A stretch of DNA of 64,000 nt. Source: Eledone cirrhosa (Eukaryota). The position numbers were made by a program, and so were the translations under genes. The stretch covers positions 255,812,001 to 255,876,000 of the forward strand of contig OZ024743.1 in NCBI GenBank assembly GCA_964016885.1, in the 5' to 3' direction. The notes under the pieces are model-generated. The model worked only from the letters and a program-made list of their open reading frames with translations, had not been told where the DNA came from and did no database searches. Positions 15,707 to 28,877 of the stretch are shown in pieces (within the stretch, counting starts at the first letter, position 1; the number at the start of each line of letters is the position of its first letter).

Positions 15707-16226
15707 ATAAATTTATATATATATACCTATATATATGCCTATATATAAATATATATACACACACCACACCACACACACACACACATACACACACACACAT
15801 ATATATATGCATACATTTAGACAGACATTAATATATTAAATGACAGAGGGATGGACACACAAAAATACAGAAACATGAAACACACTTACCACACCACACA
15901 CAGAACCCCCACCATACTGCATGCTACATCACCATAATGCCATACCACACCAAACCAACCACCATGCTCATGGCACAACTCTCACACATATCACCACACT
16001 ACACCAAGGACACCCACTCCATATCTGTGGATATTCAAAACCTAAATCCCATTAGAGATCTATGAAATGTAAATTGATGTCTCACCAAAAATATATATCA
16101 GATGATTTGAAGTAATTGTCTAAAATTTCATTGAAAATATAAAACAAAGACCCGAATCTGATGTAAATAAACAGGAACAATGAAAACGAATTGTATGGAG
16201 AAAGTGAAAAATATATTTAACAAACA

Positions 16227-16257
<31 letters not shown>

Positions 16258-16335
16258 TATACACACTCCCACATACATACATACATATATCATCATCATC
16301 ATCAACATTATTTATGTCCATTCTTCCATGCTGAC

Positions 16336-16430
<95 letters not shown>

Positions 16431-16498
16431 CACACACACACACACATCATCATCATCATCATTATTTATGTTCATTCTTCCATGCTGACATATCTTTC

Positions 16499-16554
<56 letters not shown>

Positions 16555-17014
16555 TGTACATATGTATTACACACACAAAGTACAACTTGTGTCACTACCT
16601 AAATTGTATTTATATTCACTTTATCTCAGAATTCAATTTTCTAACCAATCCTGTTAATGTCACAAATAAGAAAAAAAAAATAATAATTTGTTTGATAACA
16701 AATATTAAAATATTTATTTTTATATTTGCTGTGTTGGTGGAGGTTTATATTGGCATATATTTATCTGTTTATTTATCTACACATCCATGTATGTTTCTAT
16801 CTACTTATCTGTGCAAATGTCTCTTTAATTGTGTATCTATCTATTTGTTTTACGTTTTGTATATCTATCTATATATATATATCTATGTTGGCTGTGTGGG
16901 TAAGAGATTTGCTTCAGAACTGTATGGTTTAATGTTCAGCCCCACTGGGTGACATATTGGGAAAAGCACTTCTAATATAAACATTGTTAGATGGAAACTG
17001 TAAGAAAGTGCAGC

Positions 17015-17065
<51 letters not shown>

Positions 17066-17579
17066 TGTATTTATGTATGCATATATGTATGTATGCATGC
17101 ACGCATGCATGCATAAATGTTTATACTGCATATGTATAAATAGAGAAAGAGAGACAAAGAGAGAGCTGAAACCACCGAGCTTGCAGGAGATCCTCTACTT
17201 TCACAAATAGATACATAGTTTTTGAGAATCCAAAATGCTGATGTGCTATTTATTCCAGAGTTGGGCCCGATCAATATTGATTGTACCTTGAGATTATAGA
17301 TTGTGAAATTTGTGTGAGGTGAAGAAAATAAATTATATTGATACTTCGATCCCATTTTTTTCTTCTTACTATATATATATATATTTATATAAGAACAAGT
17401 GGAGATGGTACATAGGAGATTTGTTGCTTAATCCAGGTTACAATGTTTCTCAAGCAATAAATCTCATATGTAACATCTCCACTTTGTTCTTATTGTATAC
17501 ACTCTGCTCGGTATCAAGTGCTAACATTTGTTCTCTCATCAGTTTTCTTCAGATTTACTGAACTTTCTGTATATATATG

Positions 17580-17645
<66 letters not shown>

Positions 17646-17763
17646 TATGGCCTGCCCGCCCAGCCAGTGGGATGGCATTATCTTATGGCTAAAACAGCAC
17701 GACGTTGCTGTGACCAGCGTCGTCGATTGTTGCCCGACAGACTGGTCGGTCAAGGTGATCAAG

Positions 17764-17806
<43 letters not shown>

Positions 17807-18444
17807 ATCTATTCCTCTATGAACTCCTGATGGAATTGTAGAGATGCTGTGGCGACATATAAGATATTCTGATGTTTAGCACATGTAGTAACTATGAAGA
17901 TTGTATTTGTGTAGTAGTAGTAGTAGAAGAAGAAAAAGATGAATCTATCTAAAGTTGTTTTGCCAAATGGTTCTGTTTGAAATTCTGAGGGTGTATCTAA
18001 ATGTGATGGCACTTTAGAAAAAAGATGGGAGTTAGGATGTTTGGAATATTGTGACTATAACAACCAAGGTAAGAATATTAGTCTTCATAAGTCACCAAAT
18101 AACTTTACACAATTTTGATTTCTCCAATCCCTGTCATCTGATATTTGTTAAGTTCTACCAATATCTTCTGATTGTTGTCACATATTATTTACACAGATAC
18201 ATATGTTGCACAATTTAATTTCTTCATCGAAGACTCAATGAATTTATATATCAATTTTAAATATATGCAAACATATACACACACATTCCAGATAGAATAG
18301 TGTTACTTTTCTACTTACAAAATATATTTCTACACTCTACCCACCTGTACTATGTGCTCATACAGTTATTGTTTGAATGTTCAATATACTGCAGTATTTT
18401 AAACAAATATTTTAATAGATGCGTACATATATATGCATATATAT

Positions 18445-19143
18445 ACAGGGAAATTAGACAGTAGAAGTCGCATTGATAGACACATTTTTCAAATGCAGGC
18501 GGGTGTTATAGAAGTGGTGGATAGCTTCCGGTACCTAGGAAATCAGATTAGCATGGGAGGGGTTGTTCCGAGGCCATAGTATCTGGAATAAAGACGGGTT
18601 GGAAGAAGTTTAGGGAGCTGCTTCCTCTGCTGACGAAGGGTTTCTCCCTGCGTATGAAAGGCCAGTTATATGATGCCTGTGTGAGGAGCGCGATGCTGCA
18701 TGGTAGTGAGACATGGGCAGCAACTGCAGAGGATATGAGACGGTTGGAGAGAAATGAGGCAAGCATGCTCCGTTGGATGTGCAATGTCAATGTGCATGAA
18801 CAACCCAGCATAAATGTGTTGAGAGAGAAACTGTGCCTGAGAGGGATAGAATGTAGTGTGCGAGAGAGGAGACTGAGGTGGTATGGACATGTGATGTGCA
18901 TGGAGGATAACCGATGGGTGAAGAAGTGCCAGGAAATGCCAGTTGAAGGAAGACGTGGTAGAGGTAGACCACATAAAACATGGGCGGAGGTGGTGAGAAC
19001 AGACCTCAGATCGCTGAAGCTCACAGTGGAGATGACGAAGGACCATGACAAGTGGAGAGATACTGTGCTGAATAAGACCCGTCCCACCCTTGCAAGCAGG
19101 GAAAAGCGGACGAAAAATGATGATGATGATGATGATGATGATG
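18445..19143 (+). mobile_element. RTE LINE subfamily 2, 3' fragment with (ATG)n tail
   Basis: ORF 18654-19178, near-identical to 50070-50770. Confidence 0.92.
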
Positions 19144-19181
19144 ATATATATATATATACAAATGGAAGTTCAGCATAATCG

Positions 19182-19213
<32 letters not shown>

Positions 19214-19214
19214 A

Positions 19215-19410
19215 GTAGTTCCACAACAGTTAGTTCACCATATCGAGAACAAATGTTTCACCTTATGTGGATCCTCAGTCTGAGCTGAGGATAAGCATAA
19301 GGTGATACATTTGTTCTCGATATGGTGAACTAACTGTTGTGGAACTACCAAAATTGTCCCATGGACTGAGTGCTCTACTGCTATGGATATAACCCTCCAG
19401 TGTTCTACTA
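19215..19410. mobile_element. (TA)n-flanked palindromic insertion with degenerate hammerhead cores and right-hand tail
   Basis: Arms about 19215-19267 and 19296-19348. CTGAGGA on both strands, followed by GA(A/T)ACATTTGTT-CTCGA. Tail 19349-19410. Confidence 0.7.
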
Positions 19411-19420
19411 TTATATATGT

Positions 19421-19451
<31 letters not shown>

Positions 19452-19462
19452 GCAGTATTTAC

Positions 19463-22077
19463 AGTACAGTTAGTTCACCAGGATGGATACATTGGGGTAC
19501 ATGGTGGGCATGGTTACGGCTCAAGACATGAAGAAGGAGTGAGACTACTTGAATTTTGTGATGCAAGTACACTGACTATTTGCAACACTAACTTCCGGAA
19601 ACCTGCCAACCACCTAATAACCTACAAATCAGGCGAGCACATAAGACAGATTGACTTCTTGCTAGTTAGGCAGCAAGACAGACAGGTGATGTCAAATACC
19701 AAGGCATACCCCGGGGAAGAATGTACCCCACAGCATAAGTTAGTCATTAGTGACATCTCAGTAAGTAAGAGACAGAATGAGACACACAGGAAGGTGTGGA
19801 AAAGAAAGGGCTGGAAGCGAAAAGAACTTTCATTAAAATATAAATTTAGGAAAGCCCTTCAAGATGTGTATGACGAAAACGAAGATGATTTAGAATCGTA
19901 TTACAGAGATGATAACTGGAATTTCTTACGTGACAACTTACTGCAGGCTACTGAAGAAACTTGTGGCTGGAGAAGAGCTCCAACCAGACAGAGAGTGACC
20001 AGGTGGTGGAACAGCATGGTAAATATGGCCATTAGAGACAATAGACTAGCATGGAACACTTGGAAAATGGAGGTAGTAGAGAAGGATACACAGCCACTAA
20101 GAGAGAAGCTAGGTGTTCTTAGCACGCAGGGAGGCTGAGATTAGGAGGTTTGCCAATGTTCTGCGACGGGAAGATCTGAGACATGCAGTGTTCCGCATTG
20201 CAAGGCAGTGTTGTCAGTGAAAATCAGGATGTTGTTAGAGATAAGTGTGTTGGGAATTATGCCGGTGTACTTAGTGTCACAAATGAGCAGAAAAAGAGGG
20301 ACTGGAAATGTCCTTATGAGAGACTGATGAATGTGGAGAACGAATGGGAGAGAGAGAAATTACCCCCAGTAGATCCGACAGAAGGACCAGCTATTGAGAT
20401 TAACGAATATAGTGTCCAAGAGGCAATTAAGGAAATGAAAAATGGAAACTCCACTGGACCGTCGGAGATAATTGCTGAGATGCTGAAGGCACCAGGGGAC
20501 GTAGGCACTAAACTGGTTGCACACATCATCAATCAAGCTATATATGGCGGTATCATACCCAAAGACTGGTGCAGTAGTATTCTCATAAATTGCTGCAAAG
20601 TTAAAGGGATGCTCTGGAGAGGAGAAATTATAGGGGCATAAAACCGATGGATCAGGTTATGAAAGTGGCAGAAAGGTATTGGTGCAACTAATTAGAGAAA
20701 AGTTCAAACTAGATTAGATGCAGTTTGGTTTTGTTCCTGGGAAAAGTACAACAGATGCCCTCTTCTTAGTGAGAGCACTGCAAGAGAGGTTCTTAGAGAA
20801 GAATAAGCCACTATACTTAGAAAAGGCCTTTGATATGGTACCTGATCTGTCATCAGGTGGTCCCTAAGGAAACTAGGTGTTGAGGAATGGCTTGTGAGGA
20901 CAGTGTAAGCTTTGTACAGAGGTGCTGTTAGTAGAGTGAGGGTAGGAATGCAGTTTAGTGAGGAATTCCAGATACAAGTAGGTGTACATCAGGGTTTGGT
21001 CCTCAGCTCGCTCTTGTTCATTATAGTCCTCCAAGTCACAACAGGATTTTAAGACTGGCTGCCCATGGGATCTTCTCTATGCTGACGATCTGGTTCTTAT
21101 AGCAGAATCAGTAGAGGAGCTAGAGATTAAATTCTGGCTATAGAAACAGCAGTTGGAATTAAGAGGACTGAGAGTGACCCTAGTTAAATCAAACGTGTTG
21201 ATAAGTAGAAAAGAGGACAAAACTCTGATTCCATCAGGGAAATGGCCATGTTCGATATGCAGAAAAGGAACTGGCATAAATTTTATAAAATTTACACAAT
21301 GCAGATGTTGGGTACACAAAAGCTGTAGTGGGATAGCAGGCAAACTAACAGGTAGGGAAAAATATGTATGCAGTAGATATACAGGGAAATTTGACATTAG
21401 AAGTCGCATTGATAGACACATTTTTCAAATACAAATAGGTTCTATAGAAGTGGTTGATAGCTTCCGGTACCTAGGTGATCAGATTAGTATGGGCAGATGT
21501 GTTCTGAGGTCATAGTATCTAGAATAAGGATGGGTTGAAAGGAGTTTAGGAAACTGTTTCCTCTGCTGACGAAGAGGGTTTCTCTCGGTGAACAAACTAC
21601 GGTTATATGATGCCTGTGTGAGGTGTGCGATGCCGCATGGTAGTGAGATATGGGCAGCAACTGTAGAGGATATGGGTCAGCTGGAGAGAAAGGAAGCAAG
21701 CATGCTCCATTGGGTATGCAATGTCAATGTACGTGAACGACCGAGCATGGATGTGTTGAGAGAGAAACTGTGTTTAAGAGGGATAAGTTGTAGTGCGTGG
21801 GATAGAAGACTGAGACGGTATGGACATGTGATGCGCATGGAGGATGAAGGCTGGGTAAAGAAGTGCCAAGAAATCCCAGTAGAAAGAAGACGCAGTAGAG
21901 GAAGAGAGGAAGACAATGAAAAACATGGTCGGAGGTGGTGAGAGCCTACCTCACATCGATGATGCTCACGGAAGAGATGACGAAGGATCGTGACAAGTGG
22001 AGAGATGCTGTGCTAAATAGGACCCGTCCCACCATTACAAGCTGGGAAATGCGGACATAAATTGATGATGATGATGA

Positions 22078-22080
<3 letters not shown>
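19463..22080 (+). mobile_element. Degenerate RTE LINE subfamily 2 with partial APE endonuclease, RT, PHD-like finger and (ATG)n tail
   Basis: GVRLLEFC...ICNTNFRK...ITYKSG...QIDFLLV...QHKLV (APE C-terminal half). RT motifs with multiple stops and frameshifts. Confidence 0.92.
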
Positions 22081-22107
<27 letters not shown>

Positions 22108-22110
<3 letters not shown>

Positions 22111-22923
22111 TTAAAAGAATGAAACAAAAAATATAGTCATTAGAAATATACTTCACTGCTTTACGATCGTTTCTAAGTGATGATAATATATCGTAACTAT
22201 ACTTCGTTATCGATCTATGTAAGGTTAGTTACAAAATATCAGATAAGGAAAATATTTACTTAGATGCATATCACCAGCTGTTGTCTAAAGGAATGGTTGA
22301 ATAGTGTTAATAATAGACTTGCTATAGAGAATCTATTAGGAAGAAGGGGATTGTCAAATTGATAGTTGAATATATATGGTATAGTAAAGTTTAAAAGGAA
22401 TGTAAAAATTAAATGTTGAGTTGTGTTGTATGGAGTTTTTAGGTGAATATAAATTAAGGTCATGACTAGGAAAGATAGTATATTAAAAGATGAAAATTAT
22501 AATAAGATAATGAAATACAGTAATACAATAATATAATATAATGTAACACAATATAATACGGTGAGGTAAATCGTACTTAGTATAATACAGCGTATGATAC
22601 GCCTTAAAATACTTTCAAGTATGTCCATGTATAAATAATCAAACTCCGATAAATGCATTTTGACACAGTCAAAACGCATAAATCTCATGCATCACAAAGT
22701 GCATATACCCAATTATAGATAGAGGTATAGTTATATTGATACTCAATTAAAAATATACATACTCATAAATAGATGCAAACATATACATACATCTACATAT
22801 GTGCACTCAATCATATACACATATTTATATATATATATATCTACATATACACACCTATACACACACATATATATATATATATGTACACACACATAAACAC
22901 TCATACACATATACGCGCATATA

Positions 22924-23019
<96 letters not shown>

Positions 23020-26000
23020 CACATATCATACATACATAGATACATATTTACTCATGCAATTACGGGTGGTTGTGTACCTTGTTGCCCTTAGTCATTAACG
23101 CATAAATCTAAGGAAGCTAAACAATTAAAAGGTAAGAAATAAGGATGAATGCGTATAATTAGGGGCAAGGGATACTAACAAATGTTACGCTACATAGAAA
23201 TATAGTGAGTTGCTATTTAGAATATTTAATTACTTTTATAGTATTTAAATGTTTTTCGTAGACGGTTTTCCTGTCTTTTATTCAATAAATCGTCCTTAGA
23301 TTTAGTAATTTCCAAGATCTTCCCTGAACATAACCTGCATTCTCTCCTGTTCCCAAGATATGGAGTTCTTTGTAGAATGATATCTATTTTTTTCTTTTTA
23401 TAGTTATTTACTGCTACAGCTAAAAATGTGGTGTTAGCTAGTTTAGAATTGTTAAAACTACTAGAGTGTGCGTAATATATTTTCTTAAATGTGTTCGATG
23501 TAGATCCTATATATGTTTTGTTGGAGTCAGTAGTAGACACAGCGCATTTATATATTACATTATTAATCAAACAGATGCCATTTAAGGGGCAAATGCTTCT
23601 ATTTCTGCAATTACAACCATACGTAAGATGGTTGTTGGGGGTACCACCGCACTGACATCCTTAAACAATATATCATGTGATATAGTAAAAAAAACTCCAT
23701 ATTGAAGATAGAACTGAGCCTTTCACACCTAAAAGGCCGCAATTCAACCTGAAGGATCATAAATCTTACTTTAATTCGAACCCATCTATTAGACTGATAT
23801 GCCCATCAAAATCTGATATCGGTAATATCAGCAAGAAAATTATTGATCGTATCATTCCGCAAATTAGAAAATTTGTAACACTTCCATTATGGGATAACAC
23901 TTCCCAAGTTATTGAATGGTTCACTAGCATCGAGAATAAAAACTCAGCTTCATTCATTCAATTCAACATCGTTTCTTACTATTCTTCGATTTCTCCAATT
24001 CTTTTAAACGTAGCACTGATCTTCGCCAGAAATAGATCGGATTTATCTACTGAGGAAATCAACATCATAACTCACGCTAGAAGAATCTTACTAAACTTCC
24101 AAACACATATAACAACTTATTACGATGGGATCCATGGACTCTGCTCAAGTTACGGACCTCGTTGGACTATTTCTCCTCTATAATATTCATTCCCCTTTTC
24201 CCCACCTTTATCGGGATGATTGTCTATTGTTATCTAACAATCTTAGCAATTCTAATATAGAGAAAAACAAAAAACAAATTAGAAAATTCCTCAATGACTA
24301 TTACAACCTAAACATCACCTTTGAAAATTCTTCAAAAGTAGCTAATTTCCTAAACGTTACCTTAGACCTCTCTACGAATATTTATCAACCTTACCACAAA
24401 CCCAACCAGAGTCTACACTATGTACATTCACGCTCGAACCACCCTGGCTCTATACTAAAAAACTTAGTATATAACATATCTCTTACTTTCTAAATTATCT
24501 TCCAATGATGATATATTTTATAATAATGCACCCTTCTACAACTGGAAGTGGATATAAAGAAAGAATTTCATATATCCCCAACACTACTATGGACCAAAAT
24601 ATAAAACCTAGCAAAAGCTACAAACACCAAAAAATACCATCAAAACAAACACCTAATGCGGTTATTCCTATTACACCAAACAACCGAAAAATCCACAACT
24701 ATTACTACACGATGTATGACCAATGTTATCAACTCACATATGAATACCAAGCATTCAACCTCTCATAATCTACTCAATAATAACACCAAATACAACCACG
24801 GTAGTTTACCAAATTCCACAAATACAGATACCAACCATAAGAACTCTTCTAGAACACAGCATATTAATATAAGTGGTAATAAGAACTTAACTAAAAACCG
24901 CAAAAGAAACATAACATGGTACAACGCATCCTTCAACCTGCAAACTGTTGGACAAATCCCCCAAAAATTCTTCGAAATTCTACACAAACATTTTCCACCA
25001 AACCACAGATACCACCAAATATTTAACAGGTATACTGTTAAATTCTCATACTCTACATCAAACAATCTCCAGCAAAAAATAAGCAACTACAACATTTATA
25101 AATTTAAAAATAATATGACCACACCACCACAACATAATTTAAATAGGACTGCACCTTTAAAAGGACAAATAATACAATCCTTCAACCTTGAAAGCACAAC
25201 AACCAAAATCACCAACACAAAAACACAAAATCACAATACAACCCTAGCACTAAACCACCCACAAAGCCACCTTCATTCTCTCGCTAACATTAATTACAAT
25301 AAGAATAGCTCATTGATTAATGAGAACTGTATAGGTACCCCCAACAACCATCTTACGTATGGTTGTAATTGCACAAATAGAAACATTTGCCCTTAAATGG
25401 CAACTGTTTGATAAAATAATGTAATATATAAATGCGCTGTGTCTACTACTGACTCCAACAAAATATATATAGGATCTACATCGAACACATTTAAGAAAAG
25501 ATATTACGCACACTCTAGTAGTTTTAACAATACTAAACAAGCTAAAACCACATCTTTAGCCGAAGCAGTAAATAACTATAAAAAGAAAAAAATTGATTTC
25601 AAGTTATCGTGGAACACCATTCTACAAAGAACTCCATATCTTGGGAACAGGAGAGAATGCAGGTTATGTTCAGGGGAGATCTTGGAAATTACTAAATCTA
25701 AGGACGATTTATTGAATAAAAGACAGGAACTGATTATAGTTTGTAATCACCGTATAGGAAACACATTTAAATACTATAAACCTAATTAAATATTCTAAAT
25801 AGCAACTCACTATATTTCTATGTAGCGTAACATTTGTTAGTATCCCTTGCCCCTAATTATACGCATTCATCCTTAGTTCTTACCTTTTAATTGTTTAGCT
25901 TCCTTAGATTTATGCGTTAATGACTAAGGGCAACAAGGTACACAACCACCCGTAATTGCATGAGTAAATATGTATCTATGTATGTATGATATGTTAATAC

Positions 26001-26056
<56 letters not shown>

Positions 26057-27074
26057 GCGTGTGTGTGTGTGTGTCTGTGTGCGTGTGTGTGTGTATATGC
26101 GTGTATATGTGTATGATTGTTTATGTGTGTGTGTACATACATATATATATATATGTGTGTATAGGTGTGTATATGTAGATATATAAATATATATAAATAT
26201 ATGTGTATATGATTGAGTGCACATATGTAGATGTATGTATATGTTTGCATCTATTTATGCGTATGTATATTTTTAATTGAGTATCAATATAACTATACCT
26301 CTATCTATAATTGGGTATATGCACTTTGTGATGCATGAAATTTATGCCTTTTGACTGTGTCAACATACATTTGTCTGAGTTTGATTATTTATACATGGAC
26401 ATACTTGAAAGTATTTTAAGGCGTATCATACGCTGTATTAAACTAAGTACAATTTACCACACCGTACTATATTGTGTTACATTATATTATATTATTGTAT
26501 TACTGTATTTCATTATCTTATTATAATTTTCATCTTTTAATATACTATCTTTCCTAGTCATGACCTTAGTTTATATTCACCTAAAAACTCCATACAACAC
26601 AACTCAATATTTAACTTTTACATTCCTTTTAAACTTTACTATACCATATATATTCAACTATCAATTTGACAATCCCCTTCTTCCTAATAGATTCTCTATA
26701 GCAATTCTATTGTTAACGCCATTCAACCATTCCTTTCAAAGAGTCATGACCTCAACTAAAGTGAATTATTTTTCATCTCAACACCATATGGAAAAAAACA
26801 ATCTGATTGGTTTGGTCTTCAGCTACCTCCAAATAAGGTCATATAACTAAACTTACTACTAATTTACTACTAATTTTGAATAAAATTCTTATTGCTTTAG
26901 ACAACAGCTGGTGATATGCATCTAAGTAAATATTTTCCTTATCTGATATTTTGTAACTAACCTTACATAGATCGATAACGAAGTATAGTTACGATATATT
27001 ATCATCACATAGAAACGATCGTAAAGCAGTGAAGTATATTTCTAATGACTTGATTTTTTGTTTCATTCTTTTAA

Positions 27075-27078
<4 letters not shown>
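22108..27078 (+). mobile_element. Penelope-like element family A (RT + GIY-YIG), 5'-truncated, with inverted copy of its 3' portion
   Basis: Plus body from about 23645: RLICPSKSDIG, MGSMDSAQVTDLVG, LYRDDCL, FLNVTLDL, CNCTNRNICP, NVIY...YIGST...FKKRYYAH, CRLC...LLNKRQEL...CNH. Inverted arm 22108-23644 matches 25333-27078. (TA)n on both sides. Confidence 0.92.
26891..27030 (+). ncRNA. Putative degenerate hammerhead (long stem II) in PLE-A
   Basis: ATTGCTT-TAGACAA-[about 107 nt]-GAAA-CGATCG-TA-AAGCAGT. Confidence 0.45.
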
Positions 27079-27110
<32 letters not shown>

Positions 27111-27113
<3 letters not shown>

Positions 27114-27455
27114 TCATCATCATCATAAATTTATGTCCACTTTTCCCAGCTTGCAATGGTGGGACGGGTCCTATTTAGCACAGCATCTCTGCACTTGTCA
27201 CGATCCACGATAGATCGATAACGAAGTATAGTTACGATGTATTATCATCACCTAGAAACGATCGTAAAGCAGTGAAGTATATTTCTAATGACTTGATTTT
27301 TTATTTCATGGTTTTAACTTATATCATGACTCTTTTCTCCTTTTAATGTTTTATTGTTTTCCGGGATTTATTTTAACCTACAACAATTTCAACATATGGA
27401 TTACATAGAGGTCTTCATGCAGATTGGACCCCACAACTTACCGTGGATATCTCTG
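27111..27455. other. Inverted copy of left flank (27111-27206), then a second PLE-A 3' end (27209-27320) and a unique tail (27321-27455)
   Basis: 27111-27206 is the reverse complement of 21984-22080. 27209-27320 repeats 26966-27078. Confidence 0.85.
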
Positions 27456-27674
27456 TGTGTATATATATATATGTATATATACATATATGTTTCTATATAT
27501 TTATATATATTTACTTTTATATATATATATATATATATCAAGGAAATTTGTTTTTGAAACTGCTAGCGTGTTTTAAATTAGAAATAGAAGCTTTCACCGT
27601 ATTTTTGACTAAAGAAATTTTAGCCTGATTGTGGGGTTTAGAACCCTCTAGGAGATGGAAAAAGATGAATATTG

Positions 27675-27742
27675 ACGTACATAGGAGTCGAACCCACATC
27701 TGTTGTTATCCAGACTACTGTGCTACCATTACATCAACGCAT
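27675..27742 (-). pseudogene. Degenerate tRNA-like sequence (pseudo-tRNA or SINE head)
   Basis: Minus strand TGATGTAATGGTAGCAC (A-box/D-arm-like) ... GTGGGTTCGACTCCTAT (T-arm). Acceptor and anticodon stems are poor. Confidence 0.45.
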
Positions 27743-28149
27743 ACACTTAGATATATATAACAAATAAATTGAAGATACATGAATTTTTTTTCATATACAT
27801 ATGTATAGACATACATACGAGGGAGTTCAAACAATAACAGTTTTACTCAATGAAGGAATTAATAAAAATCAATTTATCAAAGCACAATAAAATTATATCT
27901 AGGAAAGGTAAATAAGATAAGGAAAACATGTTTACCTATTTATTTCGATGCACTTCAATGTTAATTACTTCCCTGGGGTAGAATATAAAATTTGGCTGCA
28001 TCAAACTGCTTTTTCTAGCAGCCCATTAATTGCCATTGTCCACCTACCACTATCCTTCTGTTCACCGTTAATCACATGATAATGTTTCTTATCTTGTTTA
28101 CTGAATATTATTATATCACTGAGCTTTCTTCTTCTTCTCCTTCACCCAC

Positions 28150-28870
28150 TTATTCCTGGGAGGGTGATGTGGGCAGAGTCCTCAAACACTCATTCCAATG
28201 CATCCTGTCAGAAACAACCGTCTCCAATTGATCCAGCTGGATCCCCAAGCAAGACCAGCTGAGCTCAGGAATGTTATTCAACCACCTTACTTGACGTTTA
28301 TCCTTGGTTTGGTCCATAAAATCTGTCCAGCGATTCTTTCCTGAGACATTCTAATCCCATACCTGTAATATCAGACCTGTGATCTACCAATTCAGAGAAA
28401 TAGCAGCTCTACATTGAGTGGTTATCTGATCTCCAAACTACACACCCTATCGAGTAACATGACTTTTAAGACACTATGAAGGAACAATGTTTTGCCTGCT
28501 TGTATTCATAATCATATTCTTTCGGTCATTACCCAAGATTCATGACCATAGGTAAGGGTTGGCACAAATACCAAATTGAAGATATAAGTTTGGCTTATAC
28601 ACATACCTGCCTTCTTCTGATCACTGATGCTGACGCTGGCACATTACTGCACCAGTTTCTGCAATTCTTGCAGTTAATTCAGCTTTCTGCCTTCCATCAC
28701 TTGTGAAAACAGCCCTGAAATGCTTAAACTTCTCCATCTACTTCAGCAGAACTGCATTCACATGTAGAGTGCACTGCACAGATTTCCTTGAGAGGATGAG
28801 AGTCTTAGTTTTCACAGCACTGATTTTCATTCATACTGTGCAACACTTAGCAACAAACCTATCAAGTGCA
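28150..28870 (-). mobile_element. Degenerate RTE-like LINE 3' part (third family)
   Basis: Minus strand encodes YGHESWVMTERI-like and FKHFRAVFTSDG-like RT C-terminal motifs. Confidence 0.7.
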
Positions 28871-28877
28871 TTATATA

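Noticed and set aside
17935-18074. Exon-like segment ending in CAAG/GTAAGA
   Set aside because: In-frame stop, no clear acceptor and no recognisable homology.
27675-27742. Functional tRNA gene
   Set aside because: Acceptor and anticodon stems do not pair properly, so it is kept only as a pseudo-tRNA or SINE head.
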